DNA of 64,000 nt from the human T2T-CHM13v2.0 reference genome, Homo sapiens. Positions 42,141 through 57,465 of the stretch are shown here, piece after piece (the stretch's first letter is position 1; every line of letters begins with the position of its first letter). The position numbers and the translations under genes were made by a program. The DNA lies in assembly GCF_009914755.1 (NCBI RefSeq), contig NC_060925.1; one strand, written 5' to 3'. Under the pieces are notes generated by a model that saw only the letters and a program-made list of their open reading frames with translations, had not been told where the DNA came from and ran no database searches.

Positions 42141-43376
42141 GATTCAGGAACAGCTGGGCTGGATGATCACTAAGATCATTTCTAGTCCTGAGGCTATTTA
42201 ATACTCATTTTTAACAATTCCCTAACATGTATTATCTCATTTATCATTAACAATTCTATTTAATAAATATGAACTTCTTTTTACATGAGAAACATGGTAC
42301 ACAGAGCTGCAATAACTAGTCCAAGTACACAGAGATAATTATTATGAATCTAAGGCAGAAATTCATTATGTCTGGTTCCAGATCCATGTCTTTATTGACC
42401 ATGATCTCATACCTAGTTCACAGGCTTTCATCCTAATCACTAAACTTAATAAAATTTCTAAAGGAAATACGGTATTCAATAAGTAAATGTAATTACAAAT
42501 TATCGTACATTAAGTGGTGAAAGAATTTATTCCTTGAGTCATCAAGATTTATTTATTTTTTAAAAATTTGAGTAGGAACTCTATGTCAGGCACCCTGTTA
42601 GGTGCAGAGCATTCACTTAGTGGCTATCATATGAATGGTCTTGGCTTTGGAGGTCTCGGAGTCTAATGAGTCATTATCGCTGCTATTAATGAGAATGTCA
42701 TTACCCATAAAATTTACTGTTTTTCTTGTCATGAGACAGGATAATCCCTATGGACTCATTGTTCCCAGGCCATTTTATTTCCTCTAAACCTTCTGAAGTT
42801 TTTTGTGTGTGTTTGAAACCTCTTTAGATGGTACCCTTTTTTATTCTCTTCTCTCTCTCAACCCTGCACATTGATTCTTTTCACAAAGGTATCCTTAACC
42901 TTTACGACTGAACCTCAGACATAATTATTTTTACTACTGTTGCCTCCAGCTTCTCAACCTGGTTCCAAATTACTGCAGTCTTCAAGAAAGATTCCTCACA
43001 CTAATATCTCTGGCACTGATTTTAGGACCAATATTGGCCCTTATTTTGATATGACTTTTCTCTTTTTGTTTCTCTTGCTATTAATATAGTTTTGTTTGTC
43101 CCACATCTCTCATTAGACTAAGTAGGGGTCCACAGATAGCAGAAACGTTTTCTCATCTTTCTGATTGCTGGAACACAGTATATAATTCTGCAGATTATCT
43201 GTCAACTATCCAAGCTTTGTTCTTGATTTAGGAACAGCTGGGCTGGATGATCACTAAGATCATTTCTAGTGCTGAGGCTATTTAATACTGATTTTTAACA
43301 ATTTCCTAACATGTATTATCTCATTTATCATCAACAATTCTATTTAATAAATATGAACTTCTTTTTACATGAGAAA
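42141..43376 (+). repeat. Dispersed 152-bp direct duplication (42141-42292 and 43225-43376)
   Basis: Copies are identical apart from about 5 substitutions; offset 1084 bp. Confidence 0.92.
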
Positions 43377-43788
43377 AGTTAGTGCACCAACTGATTGACA
43401 GGTTGGGCTGGCTGAGAGAATCAGTGGATCAAGGCCTGTGGGAAGAAAGGAGATAGAGTGAGAAGGGGCAGCCTTTGATGTCAATGATAAGCAGTGCACA
43501 TATCAGCCTAAGAAAACAGACGGAGAAGGAGTAAAGAATGGAAAATTTGCCACCCAAGTGGAAGCAGAACTCATATGAGCCAGGCTAAAATAATAAGTCT
43601 ATCCAGATCCTTCATTACTTTATTTTCAGGTACCCCCCTTAACTTCTTCTTAGTCCCAGCCCTTGTTCAGTATAAGGCTCTCTCCTATTAGTTTGATGTT
43701 CTTACTTTTTCCTTAAGGTCATCTGTGTAAAAGAATAGCCATTTTTCCTCATTTGCTCTGAACCTGAAGTTATCTTGGAAGACATCTA

Positions 43789-44576
43789 GTTCTGTCTTTA
43801 GGTCTTTGAAGAATCACTACACTGTCTTCCACAATGGCTGAACTAATTTACACTCCCATCTATAGTGTATAAGCATTCCTTTTTCTCTACAGCCTCGCCA
43901 CCATCTGTTATTTTTTGACATTTTAATAATAGCTATTCTAACTGGTGTGAGATGGTATCTGTTCATGTTCTTTGCCTACTTCTTAACGGGGCTGTTTGTT
44001 TTCTGTTGTAAATTTGTTTAAGTTCCTTATAGATGTTGGATATTAGACCTTTGTCAGATGCATATATACCCAGAGAATATAAATGACTCTATTATAAAGA
44101 CACATACACGTGTATGTTCATTTAAGCACTATTCACAATGGTGAAAACATGGAATCAACCTAAATGCCCATCAATGCCAAACTGGGTAAAGAATATGTGG
44201 TACATACACACAATGAAATACTACGCAGCCATAAAAAGGAATGAGATCATATTCTTTGCAGGGACATGGTTAGAGCTGGAGGCCATTAGCCTCAGCAAAC
44301 TAACACAGAAACAGAAAACCGAGTACTGCATGTTCTCACTTACAAGTGGGAGCTAAATGATGAGAACACACGGACGCATAGAGGGGAACAACACACATTG
44401 GAACGTTTCACAAAGTTGAGGGTGAGAGGAGGGAGAGGAGCAGGAAAAATAACTAATGGGTGCTAGGCTTAATCCCTGGGTCATGAAACAATCTGTACAA
44501 CAAACCTCTATGACACAAGTTTACCTATGTAACAAACCTGCACATGTACCCCTGAACTTAGAATAAAAGTTAAAAA
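43789..44576 (+). mobile_element. 5'-inverted (twin-primed) older L1PA (about L1PA11-15)
   Basis: Antisense ORF2 segment 43789 to about 44064, sense segment to the A tail; TSD AAGACATCTA at 43779-43788 and 44577-44586. Confidence 0.88.
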
Positions 44577-45197
44577 AAGACATCTATTTTTTTCTACACC
44601 TAAATATATGAACTCCTCATCAGCATATGACAAAAAAGGTAATTTAGCCTCTGCTTGAACATTTAACTAAGGTGGCCTTCCCAGTGTTAACTAGTTCCAA
44701 TAACGAGAAAGCTTCTCTTTATTAGAGTAGACCTAAGGTCTCACTAAGACTAAGAACTTCAAAATCCTACTGTCCAAACATGAATCATGGCTTTTCCACT
44801 AACCAGCTATACAACTTTGAAAACTGACACAGGTGTTCTGGGTCTTAATATTCCTATCTATAATATGGGAGTTTCATAGATTGTAAAGACTATATATATA
44901 TAATATATATTATATATATAATCATTTATATATATAAAAATACTGAGCACAGTGCCTATAATGTTTAGCAGTTACTTTTACTATTGTTATGAGACAAAAA
45001 TTACTTATAGGGCCAACATGTTGGAAAACTCCAGAGGATGCTATTAAATCTTTAGTTTCTGCTTTCTGAAATCCTAGCAGCAATAGCTGAGTTCTCCAAA
45101 TTTCACAAAGTGACTTTCTCAGGGGCAAGAACTGAAACTGTTATATAATATTTTGACACAAACAAAACAGCAATTTACCATTTCACAGGTAGAAAAT

Positions 45198-45347
45198 GCT
45201 GTGGCTCATGCTTGTAACACCAGCTACTTAGGAGGCTGAGGAGGGAGGATTGTTTGAGGCCAGGAGTTTGAGGCTGCAGTGATCTATGATTGCACCTATA
45301 CACTCCAACCTGGGCAACAGAGCAAGACCCCAACTCTGAAAGAAAAT
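45198..45347 (+). mobile_element. Free Alu monomer (FRAM/FAM-like)
   Basis: GTGGCTCATGCTTGTAAC...GAGGCTGCAGTG...CTGGGCAACAGAGCAAGACCCC. Confidence 0.75.
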
Positions 45348-45868
45348 AGGAAGAAATAGAGTCCCATTTATGATGCAGCATTGTTCCTTCACTTTAGAAA
45401 TTTACTAACTTTCATAAGACAGAGTTATTTTTATTTTGGACTTGAAAAATTATCAGTCTTGTAATTGAATGCTTTAGCAAAAGAGTCAAAATCTCTCAGA
45501 GTATGGGGTTAAACAATGCTTCTCTAAAACTGGGGTAGAGACCATCATTCTCTCAGTTTAAATCACTTTCTTTAAACAGCGAGTGAAGTCCCAAGGAACA
45601 AAGCACCCTTGGCAGCCACTCAGACACTGCATTTTTGTTTCCAAACCCATAACCTGGTTGTTATGTTTTAAACTATTACTTTCATATCTTAGTCCTTTTC
45701 CTTTCCTTCCCTGGGCCTTTTAAAGATTAGAGAAACCTAGCCTGGAAGGATGAATACTTTTCTTAATTCAGAGTCGTCCCTGACTCTGACTTACTCTATA
45801 GTTTTGGCAAGTTGTTTCATCAACCGAGTTCTACATTTCTAATATTTCAGATTAGAGATAATAGTTGC

Positions 45869-46173
45869 GGCTGGGTGCAGTGGCTCGCGCCTGTAATCCC
45901 AGCACTTTGGGAGGCAGAGGCAGGCGAATCACGAGGTCAGGAGATCGAGACCGTCCCGGCTAACACAGTGAAACCCCGTCTTCACTAAAAATATAGAAAA
46001 TTATCCGGGCGTGGTGGTGGGTGCCTGTAGTCCCAGCTACTCAGGAGGCTGAGGCAGGAGAATGGCATGAACCCAGGAGGCGGAGTTTGCAGTGAGCCAA
46101 GATCGCACTACTGCACTCCAGCCTGGGCGACAGAGCGAGACTCCGTCTCAAAAAAAAAAAAAAAAAAAAAAAA
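45869..46173 (+). mobile_element. AluY
   Basis: GAGATCGAGACC, GGAGAATGGC; long A tail; TSD ending AGTTGC. Confidence 0.92.
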
Positions 46174-46262
46174 GTTGCTATGCATGATGCTTTCATAAAA
46201 GTGGCTAACTGACTTATTCTTCAGTTTTCATTTTAAATGCAACTTTCTCAAGAAGAGAATGC

Positions 46263-49092
<2,830 letters not shown>

Positions 49093-50826
49093 TAGGGGCA
49101 AATTTACCTAGCATAGATTTAGTGATACTTAGTCATCAAAAATGTCCAGGACAAAAAATTTTACCAAAAGTCAAACACAACTTGTTTTTAATAATTTTAT
49201 TTCTTGTCATTTTTATTCTAGATGAAACACTAAATGAAATATATTTATAAATAGAATGCTACATATATAAATAGAACAATTCAAGTTCCCATTTGATAGA
49301 GTATAATATTTTGAATTCCTGGTGATTATTTAATGTAAAAACATTTATCTGCTTAAAATTCTCAATAAACTTCAAAGACAAGTGAAAAAAAAGGAGAATG
49401 CATGTTTATCTTAATACTACTTCCCACAATTATAATTAATTATAACTAATTATAAATTAATTATAATTTTAATATTTATATTCTCAACTCTTTTAAAACA
49501 CCCTAAAGGTAGGACCTGGACATATATATGTCTTGTTCATTGCTTTTGTAGAGTTGACACTGCATCTGATATATAGTAAGAGCTAAATAAACGTGTTAAT
49601 TTGAATGCATGGATGGATGAATACCTTTAAAAGTGTGGTATTAAAAATATTTTGTAATCTTCTTAGGAAGTTCTATAGAATTCAAAGATTTCTTGTAGTT
49701 AATATTTGATCCTCCATTCATGGAAGGATACATAAAGAATACATAATATTAGCTATTAATTGAATCCCCAGATCTCTCATATGCTACATTTTAGAATTAT
49801 TTTTCACACGTTTCAGGAAATAATTAGCTTACAATTCAATAAAGAAATGGTTCGATGTAAAAAGTAATCCTATTTCTTTCCACTGACTCAACTCCTATAC
49901 TTTCATACATTATACTGGCCATAGATATTAGGACCACTAAGACAGGTACATGAAACTTGTCAGAACAGAACTGTGACAAACTATACTTTTCAAGTATAGT
50001 ATACTTGTATACTATACAAGTATTCCTTCTGGCTGGTTTGCTCCTTTCCTTTGGAGAAAATACTTGGAAAGTATTTTTGTTTATTTATGTTTTACTAGAT
50101 ATTGTTCTAAGACCCAGAGTAATGATGTGAAGTCTTCGCAGAATAAAATAAATAAAAACAAGTCCTTATTTATTTACTATCACCTACATGTCAGACACTG
50201 TGCACTGTGGTTTACAAATCTTAACGTTAATATTCAAAACACTCTTCAAGAAAATACCATTATCAAATAATGAAATTAAGACTCAGAGATGCTAAGTTAC
50301 TTTCTAAAGATTAAGTAATTAGCAAGTGACTGAATAAAACATGATTTAAATCCAGATATATATGAGTTCAAAAAACATGCTTTTTTCTACTGTACCAGTC
50401 TTCTCCACATGAAATGATTGCAAGTGGTACAAAAAACATCATGAATCACATTTTGTTTAGGACATGCCTGACTATATTTATATTAAGTCAAGTAAATTTG
50501 AAAAATGCCTATAAACGTATAATAGGTAAGACACAGATTTTAAAAAAAACCTAAGTGTGATACATAAACATCTGAGTTTTGAAAATCACTGCACTACATC
50601 ATGTTGAAGGGATGTGTACTTTCCCTAGTCTCTGGTCTCAAGCCAAATGTGGCTCCAGCAGACAGTATGAAGGTCGCTATAACACTGGAAGTCAGTCAGC
50701 ACTTGCTGCAGCTCCACCACCCCACATAGAAAAGCACTGAATTTTTAGTTTCTCGTCTCTGGCCACTGTTGATCCCTGGGGCCACCATATCCTCAGGCCC
50801 GGCCTTGGCCTACTCTCAGCCCCAAC

Positions 50827-51765
50827 TCATGCCAATATCCCAATTCTCTTTAGCTGCCTCCTCACAGCCTCCTTGATCTCCTTGTTGCGCAAGCTGTAGA
50901 TGAAGGGGTTGAGGAAGGGTGTGAGCACTGAGTAGACCACTGCCAGGGCCTGGTCATAGTCCAGTGAGTAGCTCTTCTTCAGCTGCACATACATGGAAAG
51001 GATGCTCCCATAGAAGATGAGAACCACAGTGAAGTGGGAGGCACACGTGGAGATGGCCTTCCTCTTGCCGGCAGCTGAGGGAATTCTGAGCACTGTGCAG
51101 ATGATCTGCACATAGGAGCAGAGGATCAGCAGGAAGGTGGCTAGGATCTTGCAGGAATTTATAACAAAATCTACTAGGACATTTATAGACGTATCAGTGC
51201 AAGCCAAACTCAGCACAGGAGGGAAGTCACAAAAGACGTGCTGAATGCGATTGGGGCCACAGAATGGGAGGCGTGAAATCAAGGAAATTTCAACTACTGG
51301 CCCAGCCAAGCCTCCCAACCAACAGCCAATGGCAATCTCTGCACAAAGTGTTGGGGTCATGAGGGTTGGGTAGTGGAGGGGCCGGCAGATGGCTAAATAC
51401 CTATCGTAGGCCATAGCTGTCAGGAGATAGCACTCAGTCGCTCCAAGGGAGTGAAAGAAATAGATCTGCAGGAGACACCCAGAGAATGAAATGGTCTTTT
51501 TCTCACTAAGCAAGTTTGCCAGCATCTTAGGGATGGTGGCAGCTGTATAGCCAAGCTCTGAGAAGGAGAGAATGCTGACAAAGTGGTACATGGGTGTGTG
51601 AAGCCGGGAGTCCAGGCAGACCACCAGGAATATCAGCAGGTTTCCCAACACAGTCATGAGGTAAATGAGAAGCAACAAGAGGAAGAGATAAATCTGGACA
51701 CCCTGGAGATGGGGGAAGCCCAAGATGATGAATTCTGCTACCTGGCTCCAGTTCCCTGTGTCCAT
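50827..51765 (-). CDS. OR6N1: Olfactory receptor family 6N, intact, 312 aa
   Basis: [51 protein letters not shown]; acceptor AG at 51784-51785. Confidence 0.95.
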   Translation of the reverse strand: MDTGNWSQVAEFIILGFPHLQGVQIYLFLLLLLIYLMTVLGNLLIFLVVCLDSRLHTPMYHFVSILSFSELGYTAATIPKMLANLLSEKKTISFSGCLLQIYFFHSLGATECYLLTAMAYDRYLAICRPLHYPTLMTPTLCAEIAIGCWLGGLAGPVVEISLISRLPFCGPNRIQHVFCDFPPVLSLACTDTSINVLVDFVINSCKILATFLLILCSYVQIICTVLRIPSAAGKRKAISTCASHFTVVLIFYGSILSMYVQLKKSYSLDYDQALAVVYSVLTPFLNPFIYSLRNKEIKEAVRRQLKRIGILA

Positions 51766-52759
51766 TGCTCACCATTCATGTCCCTAGATGTGAAGTGTGG
51801 AAGGATAGGAAAGAAAGTTGAACTATAGGGTTCTAACAAGAAGGCAACCCTCAAATTACTATTGCCCTCCCTTCTCTCACCTCCAGAGTAAAGCCCTCTA
51901 AGTAAATGCTTTGAGAGGTCAACATTTCAATTCCATCCCTCCCTGCCCTTCCTGTCAACAGCCTCCTTCAGACTATTCACCTTTATGTTTAGTCTTCCCT
52001 GATTAACACAGCTCATTTTTGGCCTTCCTAATCCATCCTGTAACCCAGTTGACTTTCTCAATAGAATCTATATAGATTTTAGAAATTTAGGTATTTCTAA
52101 TCCAAGGTATATATTAACATTTATACATATTGTTCATCTAAGGTAAAAATCATCATTTATACTGATAATATATTGATACCGTACTGGACCAAATATATAT
52201 AATTTGAATATTATTTTCTAATTTCTCATTTTAATTTGTTTTCTTCTTCAACTTTCTGGCTACCAAAGAATCAATTGTTTTCCCTTCTGCTCCCTCATAT
52301 TCCTTTATGAGAACTCAGGTCTGCTAGCATCTTTCAGGGGCATGTAGGTCAGAATTTAGACCTCTTTTGGACACTGGTGAGAGCTCCAGTCAAAAATAAG
52401 AAGGTTAGAGTAAATAAAAAAGCCAAAGAAAGACAGGAGGCAAATCTATCTTTCTGCATTTCAACTTCAGACTGTGGCCACTTCATCAGTTCTTCCTGCC
52501 ATTTCCCCCTCTATCAACTTCAAATGCTCTTTTCTGGTTTATTGCTTCTGTAGATATTAAATATACATGCTCTACTGTGTTGAGGTCAATGTAACAATAA
52601 TTGATTATTTTCAGTACTCTGGGCATTATACTTAGAACAGGGACTAAACAAATAAAATGTGGCACCTGATGTTAACAAACTAATATTGTAATACAGAGTA
52701 TAGAGAAACAACTAACTATTATACAGCTCTTTCATGGAATACTCTATCAATGTAAAAAC

Positions 52760-54130
52760 ATGCTATTATTCTCATCTACTAAACAAACAAAAAAGCAAGA
52801 GCCTTAAATTCATTCTCTTTACTCATCCCACAGCCACTGCTCTATTTCTTTCTATGTCCCTAAAAGAAAACTCTTCCAAGAGTCGGCTATACGCATTGCC
52901 TTTAATGCCTCTCTTTAAGTTTCTTCTTAAACCCACTCTAATTAGATTTATACTACCACCACTCCATTAAAACTTCCTTTCTCATAGACATTAATTATCT
53001 AAGATTTCCTGGATCCAATGGTCATTTCTCATTCCTCAGCTTACTTGGACTATCTGTTTCTTGACAGTATTGATTTATCCAGCCTGTTCACACACTTCCT
53101 TGACTTGATTCTCGGGGTACTATACTTTTGGTTACTTTCTATCTTATTAGTCATTCCTTCTCATTCTCCAACTTTAGTTTCTCCTCCATGCCCCATCCTT
53201 TTAATGTCACAGTGCCCATGGTCAGTGTTTAATCTTTTTTTTTTCTCTTCTATATAAACTCAACTCCTCTGCTCTATACCATCCAATACCAGAGCTTTAA
53301 ACACTATAAATGTGTTGAAGACATCTAAATCCATATCTCAGGCGATATTTTTCTCTGCTACTCCAGACTCATATATTTCACTGCCTACTCACATCTCCTC
53401 TTGGGAGTCGAAGAGCCATCTCAAACTGAACTCCTGGGGTCTCTACCCCTAGTCTTCCCCATCACAAATGATGGCAATTGCAATCTTTCAACTGACAAGC
53501 TAAACTCCTGCAGTCATCCTTGTTTCTATCTTTCTCTCATATATCCAGGAACTGACTATGTTTGACCACCTCGGTCCAAGTCACTTTTATCTCACCCCTC
53601 TTACTGTAATTGACTCCTAACAGATCTCCCTACTTGCATTTGTTCACTTGTAGCCTCATCTCAACACACCAGAGTGATCCTGTTAAATTCTAAATTAGGT
53701 TCTGCGTTTCCATCGATCAAATGTGTTCAGTGACATATCATTTAAAACCTTTGCTGTAGCTCTTTCCTTGTTCTAGAATCTCTTTCACCATTTGGATAGC
53801 TCTTTCATTTATTTCATCTTTGCTCAAATTTCACCAGCTCAACTACCTGGGCCACCCTATATAACTGCAGTGTGCCTCCATCCTTACATCCATATTCTGT
53901 ACTGCTATTGCCTTTCTCTACTTAATTTTTAACTTTTTTTCCAGAGGACTTGTCATGTTCTAACCTGTAAAATGTACTTATTTCTTATTCCTATTGTTTA
54001 TTGGTTCTCTCCTCTTTGATTATAAGTTCCTTAAGGGCAAAGATTTTTTTCTTTTCTATTTTGTTTACTGGTGTATGTCAAGTGCCTAGAGCCATGTCTG
54101 AAATATAGTTACAACTCAATAAATATTTAT
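52760..54130. mobile_element. L2 fragment
   Basis: Pyrimidine-rich L2 3' region (CTCCAGACTCATATATTTCACTGCCTACTCACATCTCC...AGTGCCTAG...CTCAATAAATATTT); boundaries approximate. Confidence 0.65.
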
Positions 54131-54166
54131 GTAATTAATATGCAAATCTATTAAGATAACTGCTAA

Positions 54167-54565
<399 letters not shown>

Positions 54566-57098
54566 TGAAGTGAAGAAACTGTCAGAATTTTTTAGATGGA
54601 AAAATGAAATAAAAAGTATTTGAAGCAAATGGAACTGCCTGTGCAAAGGCAGAGAGTTATGAAAGTCACCGAGTCTTCTCCTTCTGCCCTCCGGTCTTCT
54701 TATCACTTCTTCCCTCTCCAGGATCCTGAAATTCATCCAAACTAACTTTGTTTACTCTGATTTTTCTTGGCATTTTTCTAAACCTAGGGAGCATGTCCAT
54801 CCCATATACAAAAGCCTTTCTCAATCCAAGACTTAATATAGGATGTTTCTCTACTTAGATTCCAGAGAACTACTTCCGAGCCAAACTTTTATATGGGTGA
54901 TTTTGCTTCAGAATAATTACTTTATTATCCAAAATTTCTTTGTCTTAGTTTTTCTCACCGCATATCCATGTCTATCCACTGCCTAATTCTGCCTTCTGTT
55001 TTCTTCAAGTCTTGAATGCATACCTGCCTTCTATAAAGGATTATCCCTAAATTTCTACTTCTTCTCAGACCCTTGTTTTCTAGATGTTCTATATTCCTTC
55101 CCTTCTAAATATAAATAAAAGGTTCTATTCTAGAGCTGCCTCTTTCCTTTTCTGGCCTCCAGTCCCACTCACAGATGAGTTGTCTAGACTGTGAGCCCTT
55201 AACTAAATTTTCAGATCTACATGGATGGCTGGTCAGAAGATTGAATATGAGAAGCCAGTATTTTGTCGTCTCCTTTCTCAGAAGGTAGAGTTTCCACATA
55301 ACTCCAAAGACTTATTATCACACTATACATTGTATCATCACTCATTAATGACCTGCTGTTGTTCACTCCCTCCATACTCTGCCTAAGCAATCAAAGTCAT
55401 CAGGATCCGATCAAGTATTATTATTTTCCACGGAAAACTAGCACCCCCAACTCCCTCATCTTCCAAGTTCACAGTTCTCAGAGGTTTGGACCATTTCCTT
55501 CTCTTTTTCACACCCCCTTTAAGATGGCAAAAAATACTGATGATTTTCCCTTTTTAAAAAATTTATTTTATTATTTCTAATTATGATTGTAACTGCTAGT
55601 ACTGATAAACCTTAATTTAGTGTTGAGAAAAGCTTTAGGAACTATCACTTTCCAGTGGCCCCCATAATTTTGGATTTCACTGGATTGTTGGAATATCTGA
55701 AATGTATTATATATTTCCAACAGCTCATAAAAAGAAAAAACCTTTAAATATCACAAAAAGGAAGGCTAAAATAGAAGGATAAATCATGTGTATCAAACTT
55801 CATATTTGTACTTATGTTTCTAATTTTGATTCAGCCCAGCAAAAACTCATATCTTCTCACTCATAAAGGAATCCATATCGCCACAAATGGGCATCAACCC
55901 TCTGCCTGGATTTACAGCACTGGAAGCTTCCTGACCCATAAGACAGTTCTCTCCGTTTTTGAAATGTTTTAGTTTACAACTGTCCTTTCCAATGACCAGA
56001 AACCTGGCTTTCACCATTATTCTTTGTTTTGCTCTGTGAAACAACCCTATTGCTCTGGTCCAGAGTCATGTGTTCAAACATTCTTTTCATCACCATTATA
56101 GCAATTTCAATGTTTGCCAAGTGGGTTTCTGTATTTAGCCCAGACTCCTTTGTTTGCAGTGTACCCTCACTAAAAATATGCTTTATCTTTTGTCAATCTG
56201 AAGACACTTGAATCATTTTCTAGCTCAAGTCTGTCATTATTTTCCCTGACCATCTAAGTTAAATACTGTTCTTTCACACTTCTAAATTCTCAGTAGTACT
56301 TTCTCACTGTCCCTCCAATTATATCCTGTAATGCACTGCAATTATTTTCCAGGCATATGTCTTATCACTCCAAGGCAACTCTCTGTGAGCTTTTTGAAAT
56401 TAATGAGGAAACTTCATACCATGTCCTACCTCCTAGAGTACTTAGCACAATGCCTGATATATCCGAGTTATGGTGGGTAATGAAAAAGAGGGCAATTGAG
56501 ATGACTTGTGCAGCTCTTTAGCTCATCAGTTACTCATCTACTCCTATTCCTGATATTGGAATCAGGGCTCTCATAAAACCTACCACATATACAAATTTAC
56601 ATTTATCTTACTTAGGTCCATTGAAATCATAGTTTATTCCCCTAATTCTAGAAAGCTTTTAGAATATATGCCTTGCATTCTTTTCTTCAGATACCACAGC
56701 TGCATTATTCATAGTTCATAATTGTTTAGGCATAGGGCCAAAGATCTGGGGGTAAGAAGGGAGATGCAATTTTAGAGATTATCACACTCAACGTCTTCAT
56801 TTAAAAAACGAAACAAACAAACAAACAACAAAAACTGGGATCCAGAAAGGGGAGAAGACTTGTTCCAGTTTACACAGTTAGTTAAAAATATAGCCAATTT
56901 ACTAATTTTGAAGCCAGACTCTTCACTATAGCATTTGAAAAGCAGAATATCTGTTTTTAAAAATAGTTTCTGTGTTTCAATTATGTGTTTTATGGACCCT
57001 GATTATTCAAAAACCTCTCCATATTTCTGAATCCTCTAGGTCTCTTAGTGATCAGACTAAGAAGGAATGTGAAGATGAAAATGCCTGCTTGATAAAGT

Positions 57099-57465
57099 CT
57101 TACCTAGAGATTGTTGGTGGGGAGTGCTCTGCTAGAGCTTGACTCTGGAAGCCCAGCCACTGCTCGGAGTCCGAAGTTTGAAGAGAACTTCCTGTTTACT
57201 TCCTATGTCTCATTTGCAGTATTATACCCAGCCATTCCCGGGGCCTGGAGGGGTTGAAGTTTATCACTTTGATGGAACCTGTGGGAATAAGTTAAACCAT
57301 AAAACAAATTCTTCTCCCATAAAACCTGGATTCTTGATAGGGACCTCATAGAGGCAGAAGCCCATGGGCCTTCTGAGCAGACCTCCTGGGGTCACTAAAG
57401 TGCTCTCTCAGGAAGGGAACTGACATACAGCAAGTTCATTAGCCAGTAGTCCTTCATTACCTATT
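57099..57465 (-). promoter_or_regulatory. Putative OR6N1 promoter/first exon
   Basis: Minus-strand donor TAG|GTAAGA (GT at 57102-57103); O/E-like TTCCCGGGG, GCCCATGGGC and CTCCTGGGG; two TCATTA (TAATGA) homeodomain sites near 57436 and 57454. Confidence 0.6.

Noticed and set aside
49429-50022. Short AT-rich palindromes (also near 22055-22095)
   Set aside because: Low complexity and short; expected by chance or slippage
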